Source: Candidatus Latescibacterota bacterium
Lineage (GTDB): Bacteria > Latescibacterota > UBA2968 > UBA8231
Direction of reading: 5' to 3'
Assembly (NCBI GenBank): GCA_965203355.1
Contig: OZ241889.1
Location: forward strand, 3,040,001 to 3,104,000
DNA length: 64,000 nucleotides
The position numbers and the translations under genes were made by a program. The notes under the pieces are model-generated. The model saw nothing but the letters and a program-made list of their open reading frames with translations, did no database searches and was not told where the DNA came from. Below, in pieces: positions 10,035-20,600 of this stretch; positions within the stretch are counted from its first letter, which is position 1, and every line of letters begins with the position of its first letter.

Positions 10035-10990
10035 CTCGGCTCCAGCGACCGATACGCCGCCTCGGTGAACTTGGCTACTGCCACGGCGAAATCCGGCCGC
10101 TCATAGCCCTTGCCGCCATTGCGGATCCAGCGCAAAAAGGCCGCGTCCGGCGTATCTTCCTTCATCCGCTTAGGCACCACCAACGGCTCCCCGTTCAACA
10201 ACACCTCCCGCACCTGCCACTGGTGTAGATGAAAAACCAAGGTTCCCTTGTCGCCGTGGATGGACAGCCGCTCGTCGTGCCGGCTCGCGCTGCCAATAAA
10301 GCTCAGCGACCCTAACGCACCGCCGCGAAAACGCGCGTTGACCACCGCATCCATATCCACTCGTTTGCCGCGCTTGTCCATAAAGGCCGAGACCTTTACC
10401 GGCGTCAAGCCGGTCATCCACAGCACGGCGGCCACCAAGTGACTGCCCGTGTCCATGAACATCCCGCCTCCGGCCAACTCGGGCACCATCCGCCAGCCCC
10501 GGCCGCCCCAGTTTTGCGTCACGTACGCGACAACCCCCTTGAGTTCGCCGATCGCCCCCTTCTGCACCAACTCGCGCACATACGCATACGCCGGATAAAA
10601 ATGGCGCTGATAGCTTATTACCAACACGCGCGCCCGCTCGGCGGCCAGATCGACCAGCGCTTGGGCGTGGCGCACCTTTGTCGTCAGGGGTTTTTCGATC
10701 AAAACGTGCAACTCCCGCTCTAGCGCGTAGCGTGCCTGCGCATAGTGGGTCGAATGCGGCGAGGAGATCAGCACTCCGTCGAGCGCGTTTGCGTCAATCA
10801 TCTGCTGGTAGTCGGCGTAATAGGTGGCCTCAGCCCCCCACGCTTCAAGCAATTGCCGCGCCGATCCCTCCTCCGGGTCGGCGACCGCCACCAGTTCTAC
10901 GCGGCCATCGGCTTTTAGCCGGGGAATGTGCGCACCGCGCATGTTGCCGCCACAGCCAATTAGGCCGAGGCGAATCTTCTTTTTTGCCAT
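10031..10990 (-). CDS. Gfo/Idh/MocA family oxidoreductase
   Basis: LGLIGCGG, HVLIEKP, GGGMFMDTGSH motifs. Confidence 0.9.
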   Translation of the reverse strand: MAKKKIRLGLIGCGGNMRGAHIPRLKADGRVELVAVADPEEGSARQLLEAWGAEATYYADYQQMIDANALDGVLISSPHSTHYAQARYALERELHVLIEKPLTTKVRHAQALVDLAAERARVLVISYQRHFYPAYAYVRELVQKGAIGELKGVVAYVTQNWGGRGWRMVPELAGGGMFMDTGSHLVAAVLWMTGLTPVKVSAFMDKRGKRVDMDAVVNARFRGGALGSLSFIGSASRHDERLSIHGDKGTLVFHLHQWQVREVLLNGEPLVVPKRMKEDTPDAAFLRWIRNGGKGYERPDFAVAVAKFTEAAYRSLEPR

Positions 10991-11008
10991 TGCGTTCCTC
11001 TCAGTTGA

Positions 11009-11554
11009 CTAGGTTGTAGTAGGGGCCAGAGGTTGGTTGCCAAGGAAAGCGTTAGGTTCACTGTCGGGCTCTCGTGCCTTAAGCCTTTGATCCTTTGTCC
11101 AGATATGTACCCGCCATGCTTGGCCTCGATAGGTCGTCTGGCGAAGACGTCTAGCCTCATCAATGAGCGTGGTATCGACAAGGCTCATCCCTTTTTCACG
11201 AGCATGATCAACAAAACCGTTTATAAGTCTTTCTACTGCATCCCGGTCCATTGGTGGCAACAAATTCCAAGGATGGCCTTCGTGGATGCTGGAGATTACG
11301 GTATCCCTGAGTTTCTCCGATAACTTCCTGCGTATTCTACCATCTGATACATCGGCAATGTGGCCTGCCAATTCAAAGATTGCCGGCAGACTAACGTACA
11401 ATCTCGTCCCAGCCTCTACAGCCGCGGCAAAACGCTTTCTTACCTCGGAGATCGATCCTTCTGAGGAATAGTGGGGTAAGGCGAAAAGCTCGCAGAGATA
11501 GCTCGTATCGATCACGTACACGGGAATGGCCGTCACGACAAGTCCTCCAGCCAA
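11009..11554 (-). CDS. PIN-domain protein
   Basis: VIDTSYL at the N-terminus, then a conserved E, SLVD and WTKDQRL, the acidic PIN pattern. Confidence 0.7.
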   Translation of the reverse strand: MAGGLVVTAIPVYVIDTSYLCELFALPHYSSEGSISEVRKRFAAAVEAGTRLYVSLPAIFELAGHIADVSDGRIRRKLSEKLRDTVISSIHEGHPWNLLPPMDRDAVERLINGFVDHAREKGMSLVDTTLIDEARRLRQTTYRGQAWRVHIWTKDQRLKAREPDSEPNAFLGNQPLAPTTT

Positions 11555-12810
11555 GCTAGCGCCTTTTTCTTTTGCCGCACCTCAAATTCTGGAGCCAGAT
11601 ACTGATCGATAACCCGGCGCGTCACCAGATCGCCAAGGCGACCGCGCTCTAGAAACTCGTCGTATCGAGGTAGTTCGTCGAGCCGAACTAGGCTGGTGCT
11701 CTCATTTGCGGCGTCCCAAGTACATAAAACCACCCCTTCTAGCTGATCCCGCGTGAGAAAGTTCATCGTGGCTGGATTGTGTGTGGTTACCAAAACCTTC
11801 AAACGGCGATTCTTAGCAACTGTGGAAATCGCCTCAGTGAGAACCCCAACTCGACTAGGGTGCAGTCCATTATCAAACTCCTCAACAACGATACGGGAGC
11901 CTTCGGAGACCGTCTCAAACGCGGTGAGAATCGCCAGTGTTCTCAGTGTTCCATCTGACAGAACACGCGCATCAACCTTGTATCCTGAACTTTCTTGCAA
12001 GCCGAAAATCACGTCTTTCAACTTCGTCAGCGTGAAATCGAACTGCTGGTATGGCTCATCAGGCAACTGACGAATTTTCTCAAGAAGTCGTTGTAAGGTC
12101 GCTCGCTGCTCTTCATCTCCCTCGCCGAGTCCATACAAAACGGCCGACAAGTTGGACCCATTCTTCTTCAGAACGGTGTCCCCAAGACGCTCATAGCTAC
12201 GCATCAGTCTAGGATCGGGATCAAAGACAAAAGACGCTTGTAGGTGAAACATGATATTCTGTACAAGCTGAAAACAATTTTTGTCCGATATATTTGCGGC
12301 GAATTCTCGATATTGTGATAGCATTGATCGATCCGAAGATACCTGTATTTGCGGCTTTATGCCACCGCGCGCGAAATTGTTGTATCGGACCGTGAGATCA
12401 CGGGATGTCGAGTTTGACTGTTGAGGCAGAGTCTCATAAAGTATCATGTCGCCAACCTCGAGCTTTTCAGCTACGATCTGAGGATACGGTCGCGTACAAA
12501 TCTCAACGGTATACATAAATGGGCGACGCTCGCCTTTAAACCTGATACTTGCAGAGAAACCGAGCTCGAATCGGTCTCCCCCTTCCCAGCCACAAGTCTG
12601 CAATCCACCTCGTACCTCGAGACCACTATTTCCCCTCCCAACATCGCCTATCTCGTATAACGGCTGACCACGGGCGACGAAGGACAGCAATTCGACGGCC
12701 TCAATGACATTACTTTTCCCCGATCCGTTAGGGCCTATTAGCAGACTGAACGGCCTTAGCAGTTCAATCTGGGCTTTGGCGAATCCCTTGTAGTTTCTTA
12801 GATGGTGCAT
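11533..12810 (-). CDS. AAA_21 / ABC-type ATPase
   Basis: NYKGF, Walker A GPNGSGKS, LSDGT signature, Walker B VVEEFDNGLHP, VTTH. Start uncertain; the ORF extends to 12930. Confidence 0.85.
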   Translation of the reverse strand: MHHLRNYKGFAKAQIELLRPFSLLIGPNGSGKSNVIEAVELLSFVARGQPLYEIGDVGRGNSGLEVRGGLQTCGWEGGDRFELGFSASIRFKGERRPFMYTVEICTRPYPQIVAEKLEVGDMILYETLPQQSNSTSRDLTVRYNNFARGGIKPQIQVSSDRSMLSQYREFAANISDKNCFQLVQNIMFHLQASFVFDPDPRLMRSYERLGDTVLKKNGSNLSAVLYGLGEGDEEQRATLQRLLEKIRQLPDEPYQQFDFTLTKLKDVIFGLQESSGYKVDARVLSDGTLRTLAILTAFETVSEGSRIVVEEFDNGLHPSRVGVLTEAISTVAKNRRLKVLVTTHNPATMNFLTRDQLEGVVLCTWDAANESTSLVRLDELPRYDEFLERGRLGDLVTRRVIDQYLAPEFEVRQKKKALAWLEDLS

Positions 12811-12877
12811 ATACCTGATTCCCGAAGTGTTATTTTTTCGCAAATGACATTCTGTTCTACCTCGCCGCTGAGTATCT

Positions 12878-13495
12878 TTAGCTGTCCTCGCCAATTCCAA
12901 GTATCTTTGCGACGAATTGCTTTCGTGCATAGAAAGCCCGGCTCGTGCTACCGTGCCCGGCTCCCTTGGTTCTCGGCTGAACTAGTACGCCCATTTTGCC
13001 GGTTAGATGTTCAAAGCCTTTGGTTGCAATACAATTTCTCACCTCTTCATAATCTTTCTTTACTTGTCCATAATCCGCCTTGTTATTGAGATCAAAAGCC
13101 GATACGTTCATTAAAACAGATCGATTCTCGTCTTGAGACTCGAATAATCTGGCGCAAACCACCGCTTTTTTTAATTTTGTGAGTAAGTGGCTTTGTTCAA
13201 AGGGAGTATTTTTGACGTTGATCGGGTCGATCATTGTAACAGCCATAGTCTCTTTAACCGCGATCCTGCCATTAACAAGTCTTTTCAATGGAACGATTTT
13301 CAATTCCCATGATCCAAAATTAGGAGACTGTGCCGAATTGATGGGAAGTCCTAAGTACCTTTCAAGCAGATGACCTGCCCACCCTTTGTTCTTTTTGCTT
13401 CCTCTCCAAATGTTCACTCCATATTGAGGGGCAAGTGAAACCAAATCCTGTCCCTTCAGCAGTTTCAGCTTGCTGATTGCAGTTTCTCTTTCCAT
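12878..13495 (-). CDS. MutH/Sau3AI/MvaI-BcnI family PD-(D/E)xK endonuclease
   Basis: KGWAGHLLERYLG...SPNFGSWELK motif and C-terminal PRTKG...RAFY, as in MutH-like proteins. Adjacent to a methyltransferase. Confidence 0.8.
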   Translation of the reverse strand: MERETAISKLKLLKGQDLVSLAPQYGVNIWRGSKKNKGWAGHLLERYLGLPINSAQSPNFGSWELKIVPLKRLVNGRIAVKETMAVTMIDPINVKNTPFEQSHLLTKLKKAVVCARLFESQDENRSVLMNVSAFDLNNKADYGQVKKDYEEVRNCIATKGFEHLTGKMGVLVQPRTKGAGHGSTSRAFYARKQFVAKILGIGEDS

Positions 13496-13506
13496 TGAAT
13501 ATATCC

Positions 13507-14397
13507 TTACGCAAAATCTAGGGACGATTGTTGGTTGCTCATCGAGTCCCTCAAACGTTCCATGGATAGATTGATAAACTCAGGTTCGAGTTCTGTCCCC
13601 ACGAATCTTCGGCGGAGGTTCACAGCGGCTACGCCTGTGGTTGAACTACCGGAAAAAGGATCGAAGATCAAATCTCCCGCGTTTGTTGATGCCATGATTA
13701 TCCTCTCTATAAGCGCAACGGGCTTTTGAGTAGGATGTTTACCAAATTTCTTTTCTTCTTTTTTAGGGGATATAAACGACCATACTGATTTCATCTGTTT
13801 GCCATGATTCAATTCCCGCATTTTGGCATAGTTAAAACAGTGCTTTGACTTCTCATTCTTAGCGGCCCAGATGATAGTTTCCGTTGCGTGAGTAAAATAG
13901 CGGCGAGATAGATTCGGAGGAGGATTGGGCTTTTCCCATGTAATATCGTTGAGAACTTTCATTCCTATCTGTTGCATCGCATAACCCACAGAGTGAATGA
14001 CATGTTGGGTTCCAGATACCCAGATCGTTCCGTCGGATTTCAATACTCTTTGACACCTCGATAGCCAAGCAGTATTGAACTCGTGATTTATTTCTGGCCC
14101 CTTGGATTTGTCCCACTCTCCCTTATCAACCTTCACCATTTTTCCAGCGTGGCAGGTAATCCCTCCATTTGAAAGAAAGTATGGCGGATCTGCAAATATC
14201 ATATCGAATGTACCCGCTGGGTATTTGCTGATGACCATATCCAAAAACTCAAGACAATTAGCCCGATATAGCCAGACGCCGAATTCACTATTGTAGAATG
14301 CACATTGGTTCGGTGAGTATTCAGAACGCTCCATGACCAGCAAAGGCAGGGGACTTTCTTGCGGTTGTTCATAACTAGCCCCTTGCTCGTATTTCAT
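13507..14397 (-). CDS. DNA amino-methyltransferase (N6/N4, beta class; DpnA/MboIB-like)
   Basis: DPPYFLSNGG, HPTQKP and DPFSGSSTT in beta-class order. Start uncertain (14397-14490). Confidence 0.9.
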   Translation of the reverse strand: MKYEQGASYEQPQESPLPLLVMERSEYSPNQCAFYNSEFGVWLYRANCLEFLDMVISKYPAGTFDMIFADPPYFLSNGGITCHAGKMVKVDKGEWDKSKGPEINHEFNTAWLSRCQRVLKSDGTIWVSGTQHVIHSVGYAMQQIGMKVLNDITWEKPNPPPNLSRRYFTHATETIIWAAKNEKSKHCFNYAKMRELNHGKQMKSVWSFISPKKEEKKFGKHPTQKPVALIERIIMASTNAGDLIFDPFSGSSTTGVAAVNLRRRFVGTELEPEFINLSMERLRDSMSNQQSSLDFA

Positions 14398-14486
14398 CTG
14401 GATAGTCATCTCCTTTCGTATGTGGATTCGGTTTGAGTAAGGCCAAATTGTCGAGTACGAGCGAAAAACGACGGCAACGCCCGTCC

Positions 14487-15272
14487 TCAATCTACTAGAC
14501 TAAAAAGCGACGCGACCCCGCCAAACATCCCCGGAAAGCGGAACACGGCCTCGTCCTGGTCGCGGATGCGCGCGAGAACTGCTTCGTCGAGCAAGGCACG
14601 CTGGCGGTCGAAAAGGGCTTGCTCCTCTGCGACCGCGTACGAACCCTCGCGCCGCGCCTGCTCTTGTGCGGCGGCAATTTCAGGTTCGTCAGCCAGCTTT
14701 TCCACCATGGTCCCGAAGAAGCGTTCCAGCAGCAGGCGATGTCCGCCAGCGGATGCCTGAGTAGCGGCCGCGTCAAAAGCGGCGTGGCACTTCACCAGCC
14801 GCGCACGCCAGTCATCGGGCACCTCGCCATCGAGGGTAAAGGGCGCGGCGTGACCCAATAGCGGCGTACGATCCTCGGTCTGGAACGCCACGAGTACGCG
14901 GCAATGCTCCGAGGGCCGGGCGCGGAACCGGACGACGCGCCCCGGCGCAATATTGGCGATCTTCCCGGCTGCGAGCGGCTGCGTTGTCACCCCGTCCATG
15001 GAGAGCACATCTAGATACGCCTCGGCGCAGAAGTGAGCGACGATATGCTCACGGGGTCGCCCTTGTATCCCGCAACGCCCAAAAGGCAGCGAATACACCC
15101 AGCCGCCATCCGTCGCCTCCTCTCTTTGCCCGCACAACTGGCGCAAGGCGCGGCAAAGGCGCTCGGCTTCGCTCGCCGCATCCGTAGGCTGTGTTGCCCC
15201 ATCCACTTCCACCCGATAAGGCACCCCGTACCCAAACAACCGCGCCCTCAACGGATCACCCATTTCGTTCAT
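14487..15272 (-). CDS. hypothetical protein
   Basis: 261-aa GC-rich ORF overlapping the aminotransferase 3' end. No motif recognised. Confidence 0.55.
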   Translation of the reverse strand: MNEMGDPLRARLFGYGVPYRVEVDGATQPTDAASEAERLCRALRQLCGQREEATDGGWVYSLPFGRCGIQGRPREHIVAHFCAEAYLDVLSMDGVTTQPLAAGKIANIAPGRVVRFRARPSEHCRVLVAFQTEDRTPLLGHAAPFTLDGEVPDDWRARLVKCHAAFDAAATQASAGGHRLLLERFFGTMVEKLADEPEIAAAQEQARREGSYAVAEEQALFDRQRALLDEAVLARIRDQDEAVFRFPGMFGGVASLFSLVD

Positions 15273-16548
15273 CCGCTAGCAACGCTTCGGCGCACTCGGC
15301 GACCTTGCGGAAAGCTGTGGCGTATTGCTCGATGATGGTGGCGTCGTAGTGCTTAAACCACGGAATCGAATAGACGCGGCCGGTCGTGCGCTCGGTCACT
15401 GGCAGACTGCCCGGCCCCTGCCGCAGGTCGCGGTTGGCGTGGGCAATGCGCGTAGGTTGGCCGTGGCCGTAGATATCGGCCTCGTTGAGCACGGGGTGTA
15501 GGTGCATCAGTTCATTGGCTCCCGGCATGATCCTGTACGACCCGGTCTCGGCCGTGACGGCCGCACAAAAGCGCTCAACCGGTAGGCCGCCTAGCTCCTC
15601 GGGCACGTACAACCCTTTGGCCGCATACCAGCCGCCCATCGTCGAGCCGCTGTCAGCCGGCGGTCGATGCGCCCGCAGCCCTCGGACGCCGGCGAGTAGG
15701 TCCCAGAAATAATTCATCGCCCGCTGAATTTCCTGCATCCGCTCGTCGTAGTGCTTTAGCTGTGTGCGGCCCACCGCCGACGACAACTGATGCATCCGGT
15801 ATTTGTATCCGCCCAGCGGCATCCTAGCAAAAGGCTTCAGCGCGGGATTTTCTAAAGAGCGAGTGCGCTCGTAATGCCCAAAGGCCACAGCACGCTCGTA
15901 CAGGGCCTGGTCGTCGGTGACCAAAAAGCCCCCCTCACCGCAGGCCAGCGACTTGCCCGACATAATCGACATCGCGCCGATGTGGCCGATTGTACCCAGC
16001 AACCGTCCCTTGTAGCGACCGCCTTGGGCGTGCGAGACATCTTCAATCACCTTCAGCCCGTGCCGCTGGGCAATGTCCATGATCGGGTCCATGTCGGCGG
16101 GATAGGCGCAGTAATGCACGGGGACAATGGCCTTCGTCCGCTCAGTAATGCGGTGCTCAATGTCGTCCGGGTCCAGCGTCAGGGTCTCGGGGTCAATTTC
16201 GGCGAACACCACGGTGCCCCCCAGCGAGAACACCTGAAGCGACGTGCCCCAAAAGGTCATGCTCTGCGAAATGACCTCGTCGCCAACGCCGACGCCGCAG
16301 GCCCACAGCGCGGCTTGAATCGCCGCCGTGCCCGTGTTGTGACAGAGGGCGTACTGCAAACCGAAGTAGGACTTCAGGTCCTCTTCAAAGTCTAGGGTTA
16401 GGTCCCAGCCCGACATTGCCCCGCGCCGCAGCACGTCCAGCACCGCGGCCTCGTCCTCGGCGGTGATAATCGGCCAGCGGAAAATGTCGCCTTCGTCAGC
16501 CGTGACGGCCTTGGGGCCACCGAAGAAGGCTAACTTGCTCATCGCCAT
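15256..16548 (-). CDS. DegT/DnrJ/EryC1/StrS family PLP-dependent aminotransferase
   Basis: IVPVHY, IEDVSHAQG, S..SGKSLACGEGG motifs. Confidence 0.9.
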   Translation of the reverse strand: MAMSKLAFFGGPKAVTADEGDIFRWPIITAEDEAAVLDVLRRGAMSGWDLTLDFEEDLKSYFGLQYALCHNTGTAAIQAALWACGVGVGDEVISQSMTFWGTSLQVFSLGGTVVFAEIDPETLTLDPDDIEHRITERTKAIVPVHYCAYPADMDPIMDIAQRHGLKVIEDVSHAQGGRYKGRLLGTIGHIGAMSIMSGKSLACGEGGFLVTDDQALYERAVAFGHYERTRSLENPALKPFARMPLGGYKYRMHQLSSAVGRTQLKHYDERMQEIQRAMNYFWDLLAGVRGLRAHRPPADSGSTMGGWYAAKGLYVPEELGGLPVERFCAAVTAETGSYRIMPGANELMHLHPVLNEADIYGHGQPTRIAHANRDLRQGPGSLPVTERTTGRVYSIPWFKHYDATIIEQYATAFRKVAECAEALLADERNG

Positions 16549-16567
16549 ACCATGCTCTTTCTACGCG

Positions 16568-17593
16568 CTAAAAACCCATGATGGCTCGCAGCCGCGCCTG
16601 CGTCGGCATGTAGTTGCTCTCCCACACCTGCTGCACTACCCCATCGGCGATATAGGCCAAGCGCGGATAGCCGTGGCGAAAGGTCAAGCGCTTAAAGTCC
16701 GTTGTCGAGATGGTGGCAATGTCAAAGCGCGGCTGCAACTGCTTCTTAAAGTCGATCAATAGCGAGTCGTCCTGCGCGAAACTCGTCAGGGCGATGAGCC
16801 GCGGCAACTGGGGGTCTTGGGCTAGGATGTTCATCTTGGGCACGGCGTTTTTGCAGTGAATACACTTGGGGTGGAACAATTCGATCAGGTATTCGCCTTC
16901 CAGCAAATCGACATCCACGCCTTTAAGCGCCAAGCCGGAGAGCCGCACGCCGCTTTTGAGATCCGACTGCGCGATGCGCTCTAGATCGGGGAAAAACCGC
17001 AGCCCGCCCACCGCCAGTCCAGCGATAAACACACCTAACACCACCTGACTCGCCTGCGGCCAGACCGGGGCACCCCCGATCCCCCACCAGTTGGGCCGAT
17101 CAACGACGGGCACGGCGTCTGCACGGCGGTGCATTCCCCACCAAGCAAACAGCAGCACCACCAGCATCGCGCCATCTTCTATCGCCGCTTCCCTTGGCCC
17201 GCGCTCGACGAGCGCACCAAAGCAGCCGCAGTCAATCGAAGCACCTATATACCAAGCCTTGGCCGTCAGCGCAGTGAACGCGGCCATCAGCACCGTCGCC
17301 ACCAGAAAGCATAGCTGCGGCTGCCAGTTTAGCGTCGCCACCGAAAAGCACAGCCGCGGCTGCCAGTTTAGCAGCAGTGCCCAGCCGAGGACGAATTCAA
17401 TCGGCCCCAACACAATGGCCGCCTTGGCGACGGCCGACGCGGTTTCCCATTCTACCACTCCGAGCAGTTGCGCGTAGGGAATGGCCTCCCAATAAAAAAG
17501 CACCGGCTCCCATACTTTAACCGCTCCGGCAACTAGGTACACAACTCCGATGAGCATCTGGCCGACGCGCGCGGCCTTGCTTATACCATCCAT
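16568..17593 (-). CDS. MauE/DoxX family membrane protein with C-terminal thioredoxin-like CxxC domain
   Basis: Transmembrane helices, DCGCFG motif and C-terminal PKCIHC. Confidence 0.8.
   Translation of the reverse strand: MDGISKAARVGQMLIGVVYLVAGAVKVWEPVLFYWEAIPYAQLLGVVEWETASAVAKAAIVLGPIEFVLGWALLLNWQPRLCFSVATLNWQPQLCFLVATVLMAAFTALTAKAWYIGASIDCGCFGALVERGPREAAIEDGAMLVVLLFAWWGMHRRADAVPVVDRPNWWGIGGAPVWPQASQVVLGVFIAGLAVGGLRFFPDLERIAQSDLKSGVRLSGLALKGVDVDLLEGEYLIELFHPKCIHCKNAVPKMNILAQDPQLPRLIALTSFAQDDSLLIDFKKQLQPRFDIATISTTDFKRLTFRHGYPRLAYIADGVVQQVWESNYMPTQARLRAIMGF
17294..17371. repeat. 39-bp tandem duplication inside the MauE/DoxX gene
   Basis: cgtcgccacc(ag/ga)aaagca(t/c)agc(t/c)gcggctgccagtttag twice. 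Protein reads LNWQPRLCFSVAT/LNWQPQLCFLVAT. Confidence 0.85.
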
Positions 17594-17605
17594 ATTAAGT
17601 GCTCC

Positions 17606-20600
17606 TCAATCGATCAATTCGGTGAATACGGCCGAAAATACGCGCCGCGTCTGTCGCATCCATACCTCCACCTCGCCTTGGAAGGCCGCTACGTCTTTAG
17701 CACCGAGCGCCCGGCTCAATATCTCCAATTCCCGCCCAGTCGGCAGGGTGTTGCTGGCCCTTTCGCTGGCGAGCCGCATCCCTTTTTCCACCGCCCGCAG
17801 ATACTCGTACGCGTCGAGGAGAAAGCGGCCCCGCGGCGGGTCTAAACAGCCCTGCTCAACTAGTAGCCGCAGCGCGCGCCTCGTGCTACCCAAGCGCAAG
17901 GCCCGATCTCGATAGCCCCACTTGAGCACCAGTACCTGCGCCACAAATTCGATATCGACGATACCGCCCGGGCCGCGCTTGATGTCAATGCGCATTGGGC
18001 GCTGGCCCGGCGGCTCCATTCGCTGGCGCATCTCCTGCATCTGCGCAACTAAGGCCGCGTCCACCTCCCGACTGTACACGAAGCGTTCAATCGCCCGCAA
18101 GACCCGCGCCCCAAACTCGGCATCGCCAGCCACTTGGCGTGCTCGACTCAGCGCCATCCGCTCCCAAGTGGCTGCCCGCTGCGCCAAGTAGCGGCGGTAG
18201 CCGACCAGCGAGATCGCCATAGGAGCACTGGCCCCTTCAGGCCGCAGCCGCGCATCCACCGAATACAGCCCGCCCTCGGCTAACAGGGCGATCAGACGCT
18301 GGCTGAACTCGGCAAAAAATACGCTATTCGGTACGCCACGGCGCGTCTTGCCGTCGCCTTCGTACACGAAAAACAAATCCAGATCCGAGCCAAAATCCAC
18401 CTCGCGGCCACCAAACTTACCGGCGGCCAATACGGCGAACCGCATGGCGCGCCCTGGCCGATTGCGCGGCGTACCCCACCGCCGCACTAACGGCCCCCAA
18501 GCCAGCCGATAGACCGCTTGCAACACCTCTTCACCCAATTCCGTTAGCCGCAGGAAAGTCTCCTCCTCGGTCGCCAGCCCCATCAGGTCGTCGGCTCCAA
18601 TCCGCAGGAGGGCCTTGTTCTGCATCCGTGCAATGGCTTGCAAATCGCCGCGCACCGGGCCAGCCTCCCAATCCCAGCCAACCTGCCCCACTAAGCTGTC
18701 GAGTAAGGCCGGGTCGCGGCGCAACAGATCGGCGAGAAAGCGGCTCGAGCCACAAATGGCAATGATCAAGGTCCGAAAGCCCGTATGCTCTTGCAACAAA
18801 GAGTACAAAACACCCGGCGCCCCATACGCCTCAACGAGTTGGGTGAAGCGCAAAAGCCCTTGGTCTGGGTCGGGAGCGGCGACCAGCGAATTTAGCAGTT
18901 CTGGCAACAGGGCCTCAAAGCGAGCACGTCCCCCGCTCAGCAACAGGCCCATAGCCGCTAGCCGCTGCAAGCGGCGGTGTGCGGCGGCCCCATCGACAAA
19001 GCCCCGCTCCACCAAGTCGGCTTTCGCCGCCGCGCTGCCGTTTTCGACTTCCAAAAGCCACGTCGGCGCGCGCGGAGCCGCTGGGTCGCCGTAAAACAAG
19101 GCGGCAAACAAGCGGCGCACCCGCAACCGGTGTCCGGCTAGTGCGCCGCTAAAGGCGCGCGCATTTTCATACCCCATAGCCAAGGCCAAGGCCCGCAAGG
19201 CTTGTGCATCTTCTGGGATGGCGTAGTCGGGTCGGCCAGAGGCGATTTGCAACAGGTTTTCAACGCGGCGAAAAAACTCGTACGCGTCCTTGAGGGCCTT
19301 GGTTTCTGCCGCAGTCAAGGCCGCCTTCACCGCACCTTTAGGTGCGACCACTTCGGCCAAGCGGTCAATGGCCGCTAGCGTGTTGTGGCGGCGCACTTGG
19401 GGGTGGATGCCCCCGTAGAGTAGCTGTAGGCACTGGACGATGAATTCAATGTCGCGGATCCCGCCCGCTTGCAGCTTGATGTTGTTCTCGCCGCGGGGAC
19501 GATCGCGGATGCTCGCCTCAATCCGCTCTTTGATGCGGCGGATTTCCTCGTGCGGCGCCGCGCGGAAGTGCGCTGGATAAATAAAGGGCCGGAGCATGGC
19601 CGCGTATTGTTCCCCCAGCGTCCGCGATCCCGCCACGCGCCGGGCCTTGATCAGCATCTGCCGCTCCCACAGTTCGCCGCGCGTCTCGTAATACCGCCAA
19701 CTGGCGCGCAACGAGTGGGTCAAGGTGCCGCTCGCGCCTTCGGGGCGCAACCGCATATCAACGCGGTAGAAAAAGCCTTCCTTGGTCACCTCAGTCAGTA
19801 CCTGGACTAAGCGCTGGCCCAAGCGGCGAAAAAATTCGCTGTTCTCCAGCGGGGTCCCCTCCCCCTCAGGCTGGGTCTCGCCCTCGCCATCCCACGCGAA
19901 AATTAGGTCGATATCCGAGCTGTAGTTTAGCTCCTGCCCGCCGTATTTGCCCAAGCCAACGACGAGAAAGCGCGCTGGGCGACCGCGCTCGTCCAGCGGG
20001 CGACCATGCTCCTGCCACAAGACGTGCTGGCACGTTTCGAGGGCTAACTCAACCACCACGTCGGCTAAGTCGGCCAGTTCTTTTCCTATCTGCGCAACCG
20101 GCTTGGTGCCGAGGATTTCGGCGGCACCAATGCGCAGAAACTCGCGCCGATGCACCCGTCGCAATGCCTCTAAACGCTCCTCAAACTCGGAGACATGACC
20201 GATATCAGTATGCAAAATCTGCCGCAGGGTCCGCCCCTCCAGCGGCTCGACTAAGTGCGGCGTTTCGACCAACAGCCACAATAGGAATTCGAAGTCGCGC
20301 ACCAAGATGTCGGCGAGAAAGGTACTGTGACTGACGATCTGCACTAAGCGCTGACACAGAATGGGATCAGCCTCTAAGTGAGAAAAAAGACTTCGTGGGC
20401 CGTATGCCGCGGCCAAGCGCACCAACTGCCGCAGGCCCTCGTCCGGCCGGCCCGTCGCAGATAGTTCGGCCAACGCGAGGGCGGGCAGCGGTGCCGATTG
20501 CGGCGGGCCGCCGATCCGGTCCAAAGTCTCTAGGGCTTGGACCGGATCGACAAAACCCAATCGCGCCAAGGGATCAAGGGCTGTGGCCGCGTCGGCCGCG

